This document shows positions 10,437-19,431 of a stretch of DNA of 64,000 nt, piece after piece. The stretch spans positions 3,392,001-3,456,000 of the forward strand of contig OY969695.1 in the NCBI GenBank assembly GCA_963701965.1. Direction: 5' to 3'. The translations under genes were made by a program, and so were the position numbers. Each line of letters starts with the position of its first letter. The first letter of the stretch is position 1. The stretch is from an uncultured Gemmatimonadales bacterium (GTDB taxonomy: Bacteria; Gemmatimonadota; Gemmatimonadetes; Gemmatimonadales; Gemmatimonadaceae). The notes below the pieces were generated by a model. That model was not told where the DNA came from and searched no databases. It saw only the letters and a program-made list of their open reading frames with translations.

Positions 10437-10844
10437 TCAACGGCGCTTCTTTCCCTTGTTCGGGCGCCGAGAGGGCGGGAGCGCTGACAACTGCACCCGG
10501 TCGTACGCGCCTCGTTTCGCGTCTTCTGGATGCGGCTCCAATCCGATAACGGTGACTTGGCCACGGTCGGGACCGTAGACCCAGAACAGGCGTCCGGCAC
10601 CAGGCGTGTTGTTCTCAATGTATGACTCGAAGACCTTCTGGCCAAAGCGTTTGGTCAGCTCGGCAATCTCGTGGCTCTGAAGGCCCGGGTGATAGGGGTT
10701 CTCCGCCAAATGTCCGAGCGCCCTGGCGAATCGCTTCGCAAAGGCGCGTTCGGGCTTCGTAAGGGAATCATCCCTCAATCCGTCCATGAGATAGCGCCAG
10801 ATCTTCTCGAGTCCTGGCACACCCGGCATTACCTCGAACCTCAT
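10437..10844 (-). CDS. Putative RelE/ParE-superfamily toxin
   Basis: LAENPYHPGLQSHEI..VFESY..GRLFWVY..VTVIGLEPH pattern; lies downstream of a small acidic gene. Confidence 0.6.
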   Translation of the reverse strand: MRFEVMPGVPGLEKIWRYLMDGLRDDSLTKPERAFAKRFARALGHLAENPYHPGLQSHEIAELTKRFGQKVFESYIENNTPGAGRLFWVYGPDRGQVTVIGLEPHPEDAKRGAYDRVQLSALPPSRRPNKGKKRR

Positions 10845-10912
10845 AGCGGCGTAGCAGGCCTCCCCCCGGGGAAACGAAAAAAGCGACGCTGATCGGCGCC
10901 GCCCCAACCCTC

Positions 10913-10931
10913 GCGGACTTTCGAAGTCCGC
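10913..10931. other. Hairpin between putative antitoxin and toxin
   Basis: GCGGACTT-TCG-AAGTCCGC abutting the antitoxin stop codon. Confidence 0.5.
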
Positions 10932-11194
10932 TACTCGTCTTGTTCGACGAGCTTGAGCATGGCGGCCCAATCCAATGACTTGCCGACGCGGCCTTTCGCG
11001 AAGTTCTCCATCGCCTCGTCCATCTGATCGAGCGTGGCCAGCGAGACTGTGGGATCCGCTAGCACACGCGGATACAGCTCGATATGACCATCGCTGAACA
11101 GTTTGGCGTGGTAGTGCTCGAACGCCGCGGGCTGAATCGTGAAGCGCTTTCGTGGATCGCGCCTCACGTCAAATTCTTTGATGACAGTGCTCAT
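10931..11194 (-). CDS. Putative antitoxin (AbrB/MraZ-like N-terminus, acidic C-terminus)
   Basis: 87 aa: DPRKRFTI..DGHIELYP beta-strand pattern, then DEAMENFAKGRV helix. Confidence 0.55.
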   Translation of the reverse strand: MSTVIKEFDVRRDPRKRFTIQPAAFEHYHAKLFSDGHIELYPRVLADPTVSLATLDQMDEAMENFAKGRVGKSLDWAAMLKLVEQDE

Positions 11195-11388
11195 GCGCCT
11201 ACCCGGTGCGCGTACCCAGTCCCCGAATCCCCAATCCCCACCTGCCCAATATTACCGCTGGGGCCCAACTGAGGCAATACCCTATTTGGGCTTTCGGGCA
11301 AAACCCACGATCAGCTCGTCGTGCAAGCCGTGATGTCGGGCGAGCCAGGCGCCGAAATCAGCCGGGGTCGGGAAGAACGTCGCCTTCT

Positions 11389-11814
11389 TTATGGAAGCCG
11401 GCGTGGCGGATCTCCCTTCGTGAACAGCAGACTAGCGCGCCGACCGTCATACTCGGCCATCACGATGTTGACCTGATCGTCGAACACATCGAACAACGCG
11501 CGCGCCGCGATCGTCATGCCGCTCGGTCCGCGTGGCGCCGCGGTCCGAACACAAAGCCAAAGGACATCGCCCTCCCGCCGCGAGCCACACCAGGTCGTCG
11601 GCAGCGGGCGTCCAGTTTGGTCCGCGAGCGCGATGGTCGCCCGCGCGTACGTCGAGTCGGCCTGATGCGCGCGCGCCAGCGCGCGGCCCAAGTCATCGGC
11701 GAACGCGCGGGTCGTCGCCGTGAGAGATGCTGTGCGGGGATCGTAGCTCAACGTCGTGAGCGTCGTGTGCATCGGATGGAACAGACACGCCAGCACGAGA
11801 CAGGCCACTACCAC
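11389..11814 (-). CDS. DUF6702-like exported protein
   Basis: HPMHTTLT..RAFADDL..LFDVFDDQVNIV; GTG start overlaps the HupE stop. Confidence 0.7.
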   Translation of the reverse strand: MVVACLVLACLFHPMHTTLTTLSYDPRTASLTATTRAFADDLGRALARAHQADSTYARATIALADQTGRPLPTTWCGSRREGDVLWLCVRTAAPRGPSGMTIAARALFDVFDDQVNIVMAEYDGRRASLLFTKGDPPRRLP

Positions 11815-12395
11815 GGCCTGCGCTCCACGGCCCAGCCCGCGGCAACCACGGCCACCACCGTCGACACGGCAATCACCCGCAAGCGGAGTGGAGACGGCGC
11901 GCGGCTGGGGAGGCGGAACGCACCGATGGCCCGGTCGACGGCGGCCAGCGCGACGGCGGCGCTCGCGAGCGCGAGAATCTGACCCAACTCGATCCCGACG
12001 TTGAAGCCAAACAACGGAAGCGCAATGTGATCCACGAACAAGCTGCGCAGATAGTTCGCGAAACCCGCGCCGTGCACGAGACCAAACACGCCCGCGAAGA
12101 CCGCGCGATATCGGCCGCCGTCTTTGGCGAACAGATTCTCGATGCCGGTCAACATGATCGTCACCGGGATCAGGAACTCGATCACCGGCGATGGCAGCGT
12201 GAGCGTGCCCGTCACGGCCAAGGCGAGCGTGATCGAATGTCCTACCGTGAAGGCCGAGACGACCCACAGCGCGCGACGCCAATCGGCCGGACGATAGATC
12301 GCGGCCAGGGCCAGCAGGAACAGGATGTGATCCATCGCGCCAGGATCGACGATATGGCGAAATCCCAGGTGGACGAACGTCAGCCACTCACTCAT
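11808..12395 (-). CDS. HupE/UreJ family membrane protein
   Basis: LGFRHI..DHILFLLAL, AFTVGHSITL, FGLVHGAGFA, FNVGIELGQ. Confidence 0.92.
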   Translation of the reverse strand: MSEWLTFVHLGFRHIVDPGAMDHILFLLALAAIYRPADWRRALWVVSAFTVGHSITLALAVTGTLTLPSPVIEFLIPVTIMLTGIENLFAKDGGRYRAVFAGVFGLVHGAGFANYLRSLFVDHIALPLFGFNVGIELGQILALASAAVALAAVDRAIGAFRLPSRAPSPLRLRVIAVSTVVAVVAAGWAVERRPW

Positions 12396-13692
12396 GAGTC
12401 AGTACGGCCCGCGCACTGTCCGGCTGCGTCGGGTGAAAGTAGGGATTCGTGTCGAGCGCCCGCCGGAGGTAGACCCGCGCCGAGTCGGACCGGCCTTGGG
12501 CGCGCGCGATCATGCCGGCGTGGTAAAAGAGCAGCGCATCCTGGGTACCCTGGCTGAGCGCACGCGTCATGGCGCGCGCGGCTTCGGGATAGCGGCCGTT
12601 CCGGTAGAGCGCCCACGCCAGCACATCGTAGCCGTAGATGTCGCGGCGGGTGCGAAGCTCTTGGCGGGCCTTCCCCAGCACTTCCGGCACACGGCGCGCG
12701 TGGTCCAGCAGAAACAGGCTCCAGGCCCGATGATAGGCGCCCGGTTGCTGGGAGACGGCCACCTCCATCGCATGCGCATAGGCGTTGGCCTGCACCGTGT
12801 CGCCGAGCGCCAGGTAACAGTCGCTCACGGTGCCGAGCGTGGCGGGATCGAGGACCGCGGCGATCGCGCGATCGCCATCAGCGATCGCGGCGCGCCATTC
12901 GTGGCGCACCGCGTGCAGATGCGACAAGGCGGCGGCGATCCGATAGTCGTCCGGGTGGGCCGCGAGACCCAAGCGATACTCGCGTTCGGCCGTGTCGGGT
13001 TGCCCCATGCGCAGCGCCAGGTCGCCGAGTCGGAGCCGGAACCAGGCGCGTTGCTCGCTCGGCAGATCCGTGCGGGCTTGGGCGGCGGCGATCGCGTGTT
13101 GGAGTAGCGAGCGCGCTGTGGCCGGATGCCCCTCGATCTCCTCCCATCGCGCCAGCCGCGGCGCCACGGAGAGACTCCGCGCCTGCGTGCGGAGCGAGTC
13201 GAACGTGCGGCGCGCTTCGTCGTATCGTCCCAACTCGACCGCGATCTCGCCCGCCATCGCCCGGTACGACACGCGCTCCGGGTCCAGCGCGGTCAGTCCC
13301 CGAGTGACGTCGAGGGCTTCGGCGAACCGGTGCTCCGACAGCAGCGCCGAGGCCAGCACTTGCGCGGCCAGCGCATTGCGGGACAGCCGGTTGTGGAGCG
13401 ACCGGCGCGCCGCGCTATCGGCGCGGAGCACGTCCTCGTAGTGGCCCGTCTCCCGGCTCCGCGCCAAATACAGTTGTGCCGCGCGGGCCAGGTCCATGGC
13501 CCCGGTCGGATCGCGCCGGGCGCGCGCCTCGTAGAAGGCGATGTCGAGATCGCGCGTTTCGGCCTCGCTGTGGACGGGCCCCAGCGCGTACAGCGGTGGT
13601 GATGGCGGCGGAGAGCGCCGGGCCGCGTAGGCGTACGTGCTGCCCGCCAACGCCGCCACGGCGACGGCGGGCAGCACGAGACGGGGGCGCAT
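12388..13692 (-). CDS. Tetratricopeptide-repeat protein
   Basis: N-terminal hydrophobic anchor, TPR helices (DVLAWALYRNG, YHAGMIA); ATG overlaps the upstream TGA. Confidence 0.85.
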   Translation of the reverse strand: MRPRLVLPAVAVAALAGSTYAYAARRSPPPSPPLYALGPVHSEAETRDLDIAFYEARARRDPTGAMDLARAAQLYLARSRETGHYEDVLRADSAARRSLHNRLSRNALAAQVLASALLSEHRFAEALDVTRGLTALDPERVSYRAMAGEIAVELGRYDEARRTFDSLRTQARSLSVAPRLARWEEIEGHPATARSLLQHAIAAAQARTDLPSEQRAWFRLRLGDLALRMGQPDTAEREYRLGLAAHPDDYRIAAALSHLHAVRHEWRAAIADGDRAIAAVLDPATLGTVSDCYLALGDTVQANAYAHAMEVAVSQQPGAYHRAWSLFLLDHARRVPEVLGKARQELRTRRDIYGYDVLAWALYRNGRYPEAARAMTRALSQGTQDALLFYHAGMIARAQGRSDSARVYLRRALDTNPYFHPTQPDSARAVLTHE

Positions 13693-14243
13693 CAGTGCGG
13701 GTTCCCCACATACGGGAACGTTGTCTGGTAGTCCGTGTGCGGCGGGACGTTGTCGTTGCACAGCGCCGGGCAGCTGTTGCCCGCGGTCTCGATCAGCGTG
13801 CCGAAGATCGCGTCGAGACCCGCGGCCACGACGTCGTCATTGAGCTTCCGGCCGCCGTAGCCGTTGGCCAGCGCCCACGTGAGCCAACCGGCACCGGCCG
13901 GGTCCTTGTCGGTCTGGACGATGAGCATGTCGGGCAGGAGCACCGCGGCGAGGGTGTTCTGCACCGTCGTGTCGCGGCCCGCGACCGTGGCGACGAAGTT
14001 CTTGAACTCCGCCTCGATGATGGTGTCTTGGGCCGGCCCGAGGGAGCCGTGGGTGGGGTGACTGCGTTTGGCAAGGAACACTTCGCTGACCAACGGATTG
14101 CCCAGGCGTTGCACTTGGTCGAACATGCGGGTCGAGGTCGACGGGCCGGTCGTTGAATTGGACCCGTTGTTGTCGTCGCTGCACGCGGCGACGGTCATGA
14201 TCGTGGCGACCGCGGCCACGAGACACAGAGCTCGGCGAGACAT
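13692..14243 (-). CDS. DUF4331-like lipoprotein
   Basis: Lipobox VAAC; QVQRLGNPLVSE, GGRKLNDDV, FPYVGNPH. Confidence 0.75.
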   Translation of the reverse strand: MSRRALCLVAAVATIMTVAACSDDNNGSNSTTGPSTSTRMFDQVQRLGNPLVSEVFLAKRSHPTHGSLGPAQDTIIEAEFKNFVATVAGRDTTVQNTLAAVLLPDMLIVQTDKDPAGAGWLTWALANGYGGRKLNDDVVAAGLDAIFGTLIETAGNSCPALCNDNVPPHTDYQTTFPYVGNPH

Positions 14244-14269
14244 TGCTATAGTCCTCTCGTGGTGTAAGG

Positions 14270-15004
14270 TCAGCGGCTGATCGTGCCCCAGAGGCCGATC
14301 TTGGCGTTGCCGCCGGCGGTCAACATCGATGTCGGCAGCTCGACGACGATCGACAGCACGTTGTGGCCGGCGACGAAATCGACGCCCGGGTTGCGGAAGC
14401 TCGTCGCTGACGGCGTGTTCGGGAGTTGCGACAACGTGCCGGTGACGGGTTTCCGGTCGGGCAGAATGCGGAAGAATTGCTCGAGGTCGATGAAGAACGG
14501 GTCGCTGCGCGGGCCGGCAAAGAGTTGGATGCCGGACGCGGTGCCCAAGACCGTGTTGACCTTGCCGGTCAGGACGGGCGTGCCGGTCGAGATCGTGTTC
14601 TGCATCGCGCCGACGACCGGCGGTTTGATCGGGCCCCACAGTGAGACCGTCTGGTTGGCGCCGGTGCCGCTGAACGTCACCTGCATCACCAGGTCTTCCT
14701 TGGCGTCGCCGGTGTTGTCGATCTTGAACTGGTACAGGAGGTTGGGATCGAACGATGTGCTCGCCGTCGAAGCCGGCGTCAGGAACGCCCAGCTGTCGAG
14801 GACGAGCGCGATCCGTCCGGCGGCCGAGCCGGGGAACGCGTAGAAGTCGGTCATGTCTGTCGCCGGGTTGAGCTCGACGTCAGGGCTGTCCTGATGGTCG
14901 GAGCCAAGCGCGTGGCGTGTGGCGAGCCCGCCGGCGACGAGGGCGACGAGCAGGCCAGCCGTGAGCAGGCGTGGCCGGGAAAGCAACGTACGGGCGTAGC
15001 GCAT
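14270..15004 (-). CDS. DUF4331 family secreted protein
   Basis: SDHQDSP, DMTDFYAF, YQFKIDNTGD, FAGPRSDPFFID, NVLSIVVELP. Confidence 0.8.
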   Translation of the reverse strand: MRYARTLLSRPRLLTAGLLVALVAGGLATRHALGSDHQDSPDVELNPATDMTDFYAFPGSAAGRIALVLDSWAFLTPASTASTSFDPNLLYQFKIDNTGDAKEDLVMQVTFSGTGANQTVSLWGPIKPPVVGAMQNTISTGTPVLTGKVNTVLGTASGIQLFAGPRSDPFFIDLEQFFRILPDRKPVTGTLSQLPNTPSATSFRNPGVDFVAGHNVLSIVVELPTSMLTAGGNAKIGLWGTISR

Positions 15005-15069
15005 TGCCGCCTCCGTGGAAGAGCGCTGTGGTCTGGTATGCGCCCTACCTACGCCGCTCATCGCACCGC

Positions 15070-15600
15070 GGATCTGTGCGATGCTTCGCATTGCCAGATC
15101 CGTCGTCGGTTGGACAGATCTCGGCTGCGCCGAGATCCCGCGATGCTTCACGTCGCCAGATCCGTCGTCGGTTGGACAGATCTCGGCTGCGCCGAGATCC
15201 CGCGATGCTTCACGTCGCCAGATCCGTCGTCGGTTGGACAGATCTGGGCTGCGCCGAGATCCCGCGATGCTTCACGTCGCCAGATCCGTCGTCGGTTGGA
15301 CAGATCTCGGCTGCGCCGAGATCCCGCGATGCTTCACGTCGCCAGATCCGTCGTCGGTTGGACAGATCTGGGCTGCGCCGAGATCCCGCGATGCTTCACG
15401 TCGCCAGATCCGTCGTCGGTTGGACAGATCTGGGCTGCGCCGAGATCCCGCGCCGCTTCACGTCGCCAGGATCCGTCGTCGGGTTGGACAGATCTCGGCT
15501 GCGCCGAGATCCCGCGATGCTTCACGTCGCCAGATCACGCGTCCGTTGGACCTATCCCAACTCCGCCGAGATCTCGCAATGCGAAGCGTTGCTGAGATCC
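15070..15600 (+). repeat. Tandem array of a 62-bp palindromic unit (7 near-identical copies, 1 degenerate copy, partial flanks)
   Basis: Unit GCCAGATCCGTCGTCGGTTGGACAGATCTSGGCTGCGCCGAGATCCCGCGATGCTTCACGTC starts at 15093, 15155, 15217, 15279, 15341, 15403, 15465 (64 bp) and 15529 (degenerate). No variable spacers. Confidence 0.97.
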
Positions 15601-15628
15601 GTTGGCGCGCGACCATTGTATCGAGACG

Positions 15629-16205
15629 GTGCGATTCACACTCATAGTCGCGTTCGCGACGATCCCGTGTGCGTTACGGGCCCAGGCCGCCGATAGCGCG
15701 AAGAACCATAAACTCGACACTCTTCGTGTCATGGGCCGCGCCAACGATCTGCATGGGATCGCCGGTTCGGCGTCCCAGGGGACTGTGGGCGCCGTCGATC
15801 TTCGTCTCCGCCCACTAGCACGAGAGGGCGAGTTGCTAGAGACCGTCCCGGGGATGATCGTCACCCAGCACTCGGGCCCTCGTGGGTGGCATCACCTGGA
15901 CGCCGCGACCGCGCGGTCTCTTCGCCGCCTTCCGTGTCCGCCGGTTCGGGTCCTATCCCCTGACCCAAGACATATAGTATCCGCGCCGGTTCGACCACGT
16001 TGTGCAACGCCGACGTCGGGTTCCAGTTCGCCGGGGAGTCCGTTTGCAGCTCACGATGCTCAACGTGTTCGATTCCAGGGGCGACGACATTGACTACTAC
16101 TATGTCTCGCGCCTCCCCGGCGAACCGGCGGCCGGCGTCGGCGATCAGCATTTCCATCCCGTCGAACCGCGACAGCTCCGGGTGTCGGTGGCCTGGGGAC
16201 TCTGA
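15629..16205 (+). pseudogene. TonB-dependent receptor remnant (large internal deletion plus frameshifts)
   Basis: N-terminal signal/plug ..GELLETVPGMIVTQHSG joined near 15878 to C-terminal strands ..RRFGSYPL..NVFDSRGDDIDYYYVSRLPGEP..HFHPVEPRQLRV; two further frameshifts near 15973 and 16037. Confidence 0.85.
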
Positions 16206-16244
16206 TCTGGCGGGGGAGCGGCCGTACCGTTATGGTGCTGCCAA

Positions 16245-18002
16245 ATGCGTACCCTCGCGACTCTCTCGACGATCGCCCTGTGCGCCGCGCCCCTCGCCGC
16301 GCAGAGCACCGGTTTCCGCGTGCTCGTCACGATGCCGGCCTCCGCGGCCACCCGGCCGCACAATGGCCGCCTCTTGCTGCTCCTGTCCAAGGACAGCACC
16401 GCCGAACCGCGGTTTCAGATCACCTATCACGACGATACGCAGGAAGAGTTCGGGATCGACGTGCACGGCTTGAGCGCGACGCATCCCGGGGTGTTCGATG
16501 CGCGCGTGCTCGGGTACCCCGTCGCCAGCCTTTCGCACGTGCCCGCCGGCGACTACTGGGTGCAGGCCGTCCTCCATCCCTACGAAGTCTTTCATCGCGC
16601 CGATGGCCACACCGTCGAGCTCCCGCCCGATCGTGGCGAGGGCCAACGCTGGGAGCGCGCGCCCGGATCGCCCATGAGCCGGCCCGTGCGCGTGCACATC
16701 GATCCGCGCACCAGCGGTGTCGTGCGCGTCGTGCTCGATACGGTGATCCCGCCGCTGCCCGAGACGAAGGACACGAAATACGTCAAGTACGTCCGCATCC
16801 AAAGTGAGCGCCTGACCAAGTTCTGGGGCCGGCCGACCTACCTGGGTGCGATTCTGCTCCTGCCGGAAGGCTTCGACACGCATCCCGACGCCCACTACCC
16901 GCTGGCGGTCTACCAGGGACACTTCCAACGCGCCGTCTCCGGTTGGCGCGAGACGCCACCCGACACGACGCTGCCGGTGCCCGACACCGCGCGCATCGCC
17001 CACGATTGCCCGAACGGGGGCGAGATGGAGCACTGCGATCGCCGGGCCATTCAGCGGTTGCGGGAGGAAGAGGGATACGCGTTCTACCGGCAGTGGACCG
17101 GCCCCGGATTTCCGCGCCTGATCATGGTCACCATCCAACACGCCAATCCGTACTACGACGATTCGTACGCCGTGAACTCGGAAAACGTCGGCCCCTACGG
17201 CGACGCGATCACCTACGAACTGATCCCCTACATCGAGCAACACTATCGCGGGCTCGGCCCCTGGGCCCGCGCGTTATACGGCGGGTCGACCGGAGGCTGG
17301 GAGGCCTTGGGTGTCCAGGTGTTCTATCCCGACCAGTACAACGGCAGCTGGGCCTTCTGTCCCGATCCGGTCGATTTTCACGCCTACACCAACATCGACA
17401 TTTACCACGACAAGAACGCCTACTATACGGAAGGCTTCTGGCGGCGCACGTTCCGGCCCGGCGAGCGCACCTACCTCGGTGACATGCTGTCCACCGTCCA
17501 AGACCAGAACATGACGGAGCTGGTCAGGGGCACGCACACGCGGTCCGGTGAGCAGTGGGACATCTGGGAGGCCGTCTTTTCGCCCGTGGGCCCCGACGGC
17601 TATCCCCGCCGCATTTGGGACAAGCGCACCGGAGTCATCGACACCAGCGTCGCGGCCTACTGGCGCGAGCACTACGATCTCGTCCACATCATGCAGCGGG
17701 ACTGGGCGACGCTGGGACCGAAACTGCAAGGCAAGTTGCACATCTACGCGGGACTCTCCGACAGTTGGATGCTCAACGATGCCGTCTATCTGGCCCAGGA
17801 TTTCCTGCAGTCGGCGCAGAACCCGCGCGCCGATGCCGTCGTCGAGTACGGGGCGCGGGACGAGCATTGCTGGACCGGCGACCACGACCATCCCAACACG
17901 ATCGCCGGCGGCACCGTGAATCAACGGTTCATCCCGCAGATGGTGAAGCGCTGGCTGCAGACGGCGCCTCCCGGAGCGGACACCACGAGCTGGCGGTACT
18001 GA
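16245..18002 (+). CDS. Secreted putative esterase, paralog of the gene at 2-1540
   Basis: Signal peptide, YYDDSYAVNS, GGSTGGWE, PDPVDF. Confidence 0.85.
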   Translation: MRTLATLSTIALCAAPLAAQSTGFRVLVTMPASAATRPHNGRLLLLLSKDSTAEPRFQITYHDDTQEEFGIDVHGLSATHPGVFDARVLGYPVASLSHVPAGDYWVQAVLHPYEVFHRADGHTVELPPDRGEGQRWERAPGSPMSRPVRVHIDPRTSGVVRVVLDTVIPPLPETKDTKYVKYVRIQSERLTKFWGRPTYLGAILLLPEGFDTHPDAHYPLAVYQGHFQRAVSGWRETPPDTTLPVPDTARIAHDCPNGGEMEHCDRRAIQRLREEEGYAFYRQWTGPGFPRLIMVTIQHANPYYDDSYAVNSENVGPYGDAITYELIPYIEQHYRGLGPWARALYGGSTGGWEALGVQVFYPDQYNGSWAFCPDPVDFHAYTNIDIYHDKNAYYTEGFWRRTFRPGERTYLGDMLSTVQDQNMTELVRGTHTRSGEQWDIWEAVFSPVGPDGYPRRIWDKRTGVIDTSVAAYWREHYDLVHIMQRDWATLGPKLQGKLHIYAGLSDSWMLNDAVYLAQDFLQSAQNPRADAVVEYGARDEHCWTGDHDHPNTIAGGTVNQRFIPQMVKRWLQTAPPGADTTSWRY

Positions 18003-18418
18003 TGCCCTTTCTTTTTTTGCCCCTCGCCGCCGCGATCGTGCTCGCGGCGCCGCCGGACTCCGGCATCAAGCAGACCCTCGATCAGAGCGCGGTGGCCTGG
18101 AACCACCACGACATCGAGGGCTTCATGACGTCGTACGAAAAAGCCCCCACGACACTGTACGTCGGATCGACGGGTATCGCGCGCGGGTGGGACGCGATCC
18201 GCACTCACTATCGGATGGAGTACCCGCCCGACGATGCCCACATGGGGACGCTCAGCTTCTCCGATCTCGAGGTGCATCCGCTGAGTCCCGAATACGCCAT
18301 GGCGATCGGGCGTTATCATCTCCTTCTCGCGGGTGGGAAGACCGCGACCGGCATGTTCACGTTGGTGATGCACCGGACCGCCGGCGGTTGGCGCATCGCC
18401 ATCGACCACTCGTCCTGA
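18002..18418 (+). CDS. NTF2/SnoaL-like (DUF4440/YybH) protein
   Basis: AWNHHDIEGFM..RGWDAI..GWRIAIDHSS; ATG overlaps the upstream TGA. Confidence 0.85.
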   Translation: MPFLFLPLAAAIVLAAPPDSGIKQTLDQSAVAWNHHDIEGFMTSYEKAPTTLYVGSTGIARGWDAIRTHYRMEYPPDDAHMGTLSFSDLEVHPLSPEYAMAIGRYHLLLAGGKTATGMFTLVMHRTAGGWRIAIDHSS

Positions 18419-18420
18419 CC

Positions 18421-19341
18421 GTGCGGCTCGCGTTCGCGCTCGCTCTCATGATTCCCGCCGTCATGACCGGTCAGACCGGCTACGTCGCCGGGTCGGACGG
18501 AGTGCAGCTGCACTACCGCGTGATGGGCCACGGTCCGGACACCGTCATCGCGATTCATGGCGGCCCGGGCGTCGATCTGGAGAGCATCGCGCCGGATTTC
18601 GCGCCGCTCACCGCGCATCACACGGTGATCTTCTACGATCAACGCGGCGCTGGTCGGTCGACGCTGCCCAAAGACACGGCGCTGCTCACCGCGGCGAAAC
18701 AGATCGACGATCTCGACGCGGTGCGGCGTCACTTCGGCCTGACCCGCGTGACGCTCATCGCCCACTCCTATGGGCCCCTGTTGGCGGCGACGTACGCGCT
18801 CGCCCATCCCGAGGCCGTGCGGCGCATGGTGTTCTTCAATCCCATTCCGCCGCGCCGCGGCGATCTCTGGCAACGCTTCAACGCCACGTTGGATCAGCGT
18901 CTCGACAGCGCGCAGCAAATAAAGATGGCGGATGCCATGCGCCACCTCGACTCGTCCACGGCGGACGTCCGTCAGGCTTGCCGCGATTTCTGGGCGATCG
19001 CGCTCCGACCCCGGCTCGCCGATCCCAATCGTTCGCTCCCGCGGCTCAAGTCGGACCTCTGCGCCTCGAATCCCGCCGGCATCCGCTATGGGCTTACGGT
19101 GACCAACCCCGTCATCATGGGCTCGTACGGCGACTGGGATCTCCGCGCCCAGCTCCGCGGGCTCGCGGTCCCGACGCTCGTCGTGCACGGCGAGGAAGAC
19201 GCCATTCCCATGGATCTCGTCGAGGAATGGACGACGAGTTTGCCCCACGCCCGGCTGCTGCGTGTGCCGCACGCCGGGCACTTCTCCTACGTCGAGCAGC
19301 CGGATCTCGTCTGGCCAGCGGTGGAAGCGTTTCTGCAGTAG
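18421..19341 (+). CDS. Alpha/beta hydrolase (proline iminopeptidase-like)
   Basis: HGGPG, YDQRGAGRS, AHSYG, GEED, AGHF. Confidence 0.88.
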   Translation: MRLAFALALMIPAVMTGQTGYVAGSDGVQLHYRVMGHGPDTVIAIHGGPGVDLESIAPDFAPLTAHHTVIFYDQRGAGRSTLPKDTALLTAAKQIDDLDAVRRHFGLTRVTLIAHSYGPLLAATYALAHPEAVRRMVFFNPIPPRRGDLWQRFNATLDQRLDSAQQIKMADAMRHLDSSTADVRQACRDFWAIALRPRLADPNRSLPRLKSDLCASNPAGIRYGLTVTNPVIMGSYGDWDLRAQLRGLAVPTLVVHGEEDAIPMDLVEEWTTSLPHARLLRVPHAGHFSYVEQPDLVWPAVEAFLQ

Positions 19342-19349
19342 AAACGAGC

Positions 19350-19431
19350 CGCCTAGAGCTCCGCGCAGCGGAGCTCAGTTCAACCGACAATGCCCTAGCG
19401 GGGGTGCGTTCTTCAGCACCCCGCTAGGGCA
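19350..19431 (-). repeat. 82-bp two-hairpin element starting at the CocE stop codon
   Basis: Reverse complement TGCCCTAGCGGGGTGCTGAAGAACGCACCCCCGCTAGGGCATTGTCGGTTGAACTGAGCTCCGCTGCGCGGAGCTCTAGGCG matches 53742-53823. Confidence 0.85.

Noticed and set aside
11214..11241. Heptamer-like repeats (CCCAGTC CCCGAAT CCCCAAT CCCCA)
   Set aside because: Too short and degenerate to distinguish from chance.
15070..15600. CRISPR array
   Set aside because: Units are identical over their whole length with no unique spacers, and no cas genes are in the window.
14894..15696. ORFs in three frames across the 62-bp array
   Set aside because: The unit has no stop on this strand and 62 is not a multiple of 3, so translation cycles through all frames; these are repeat artefacts.
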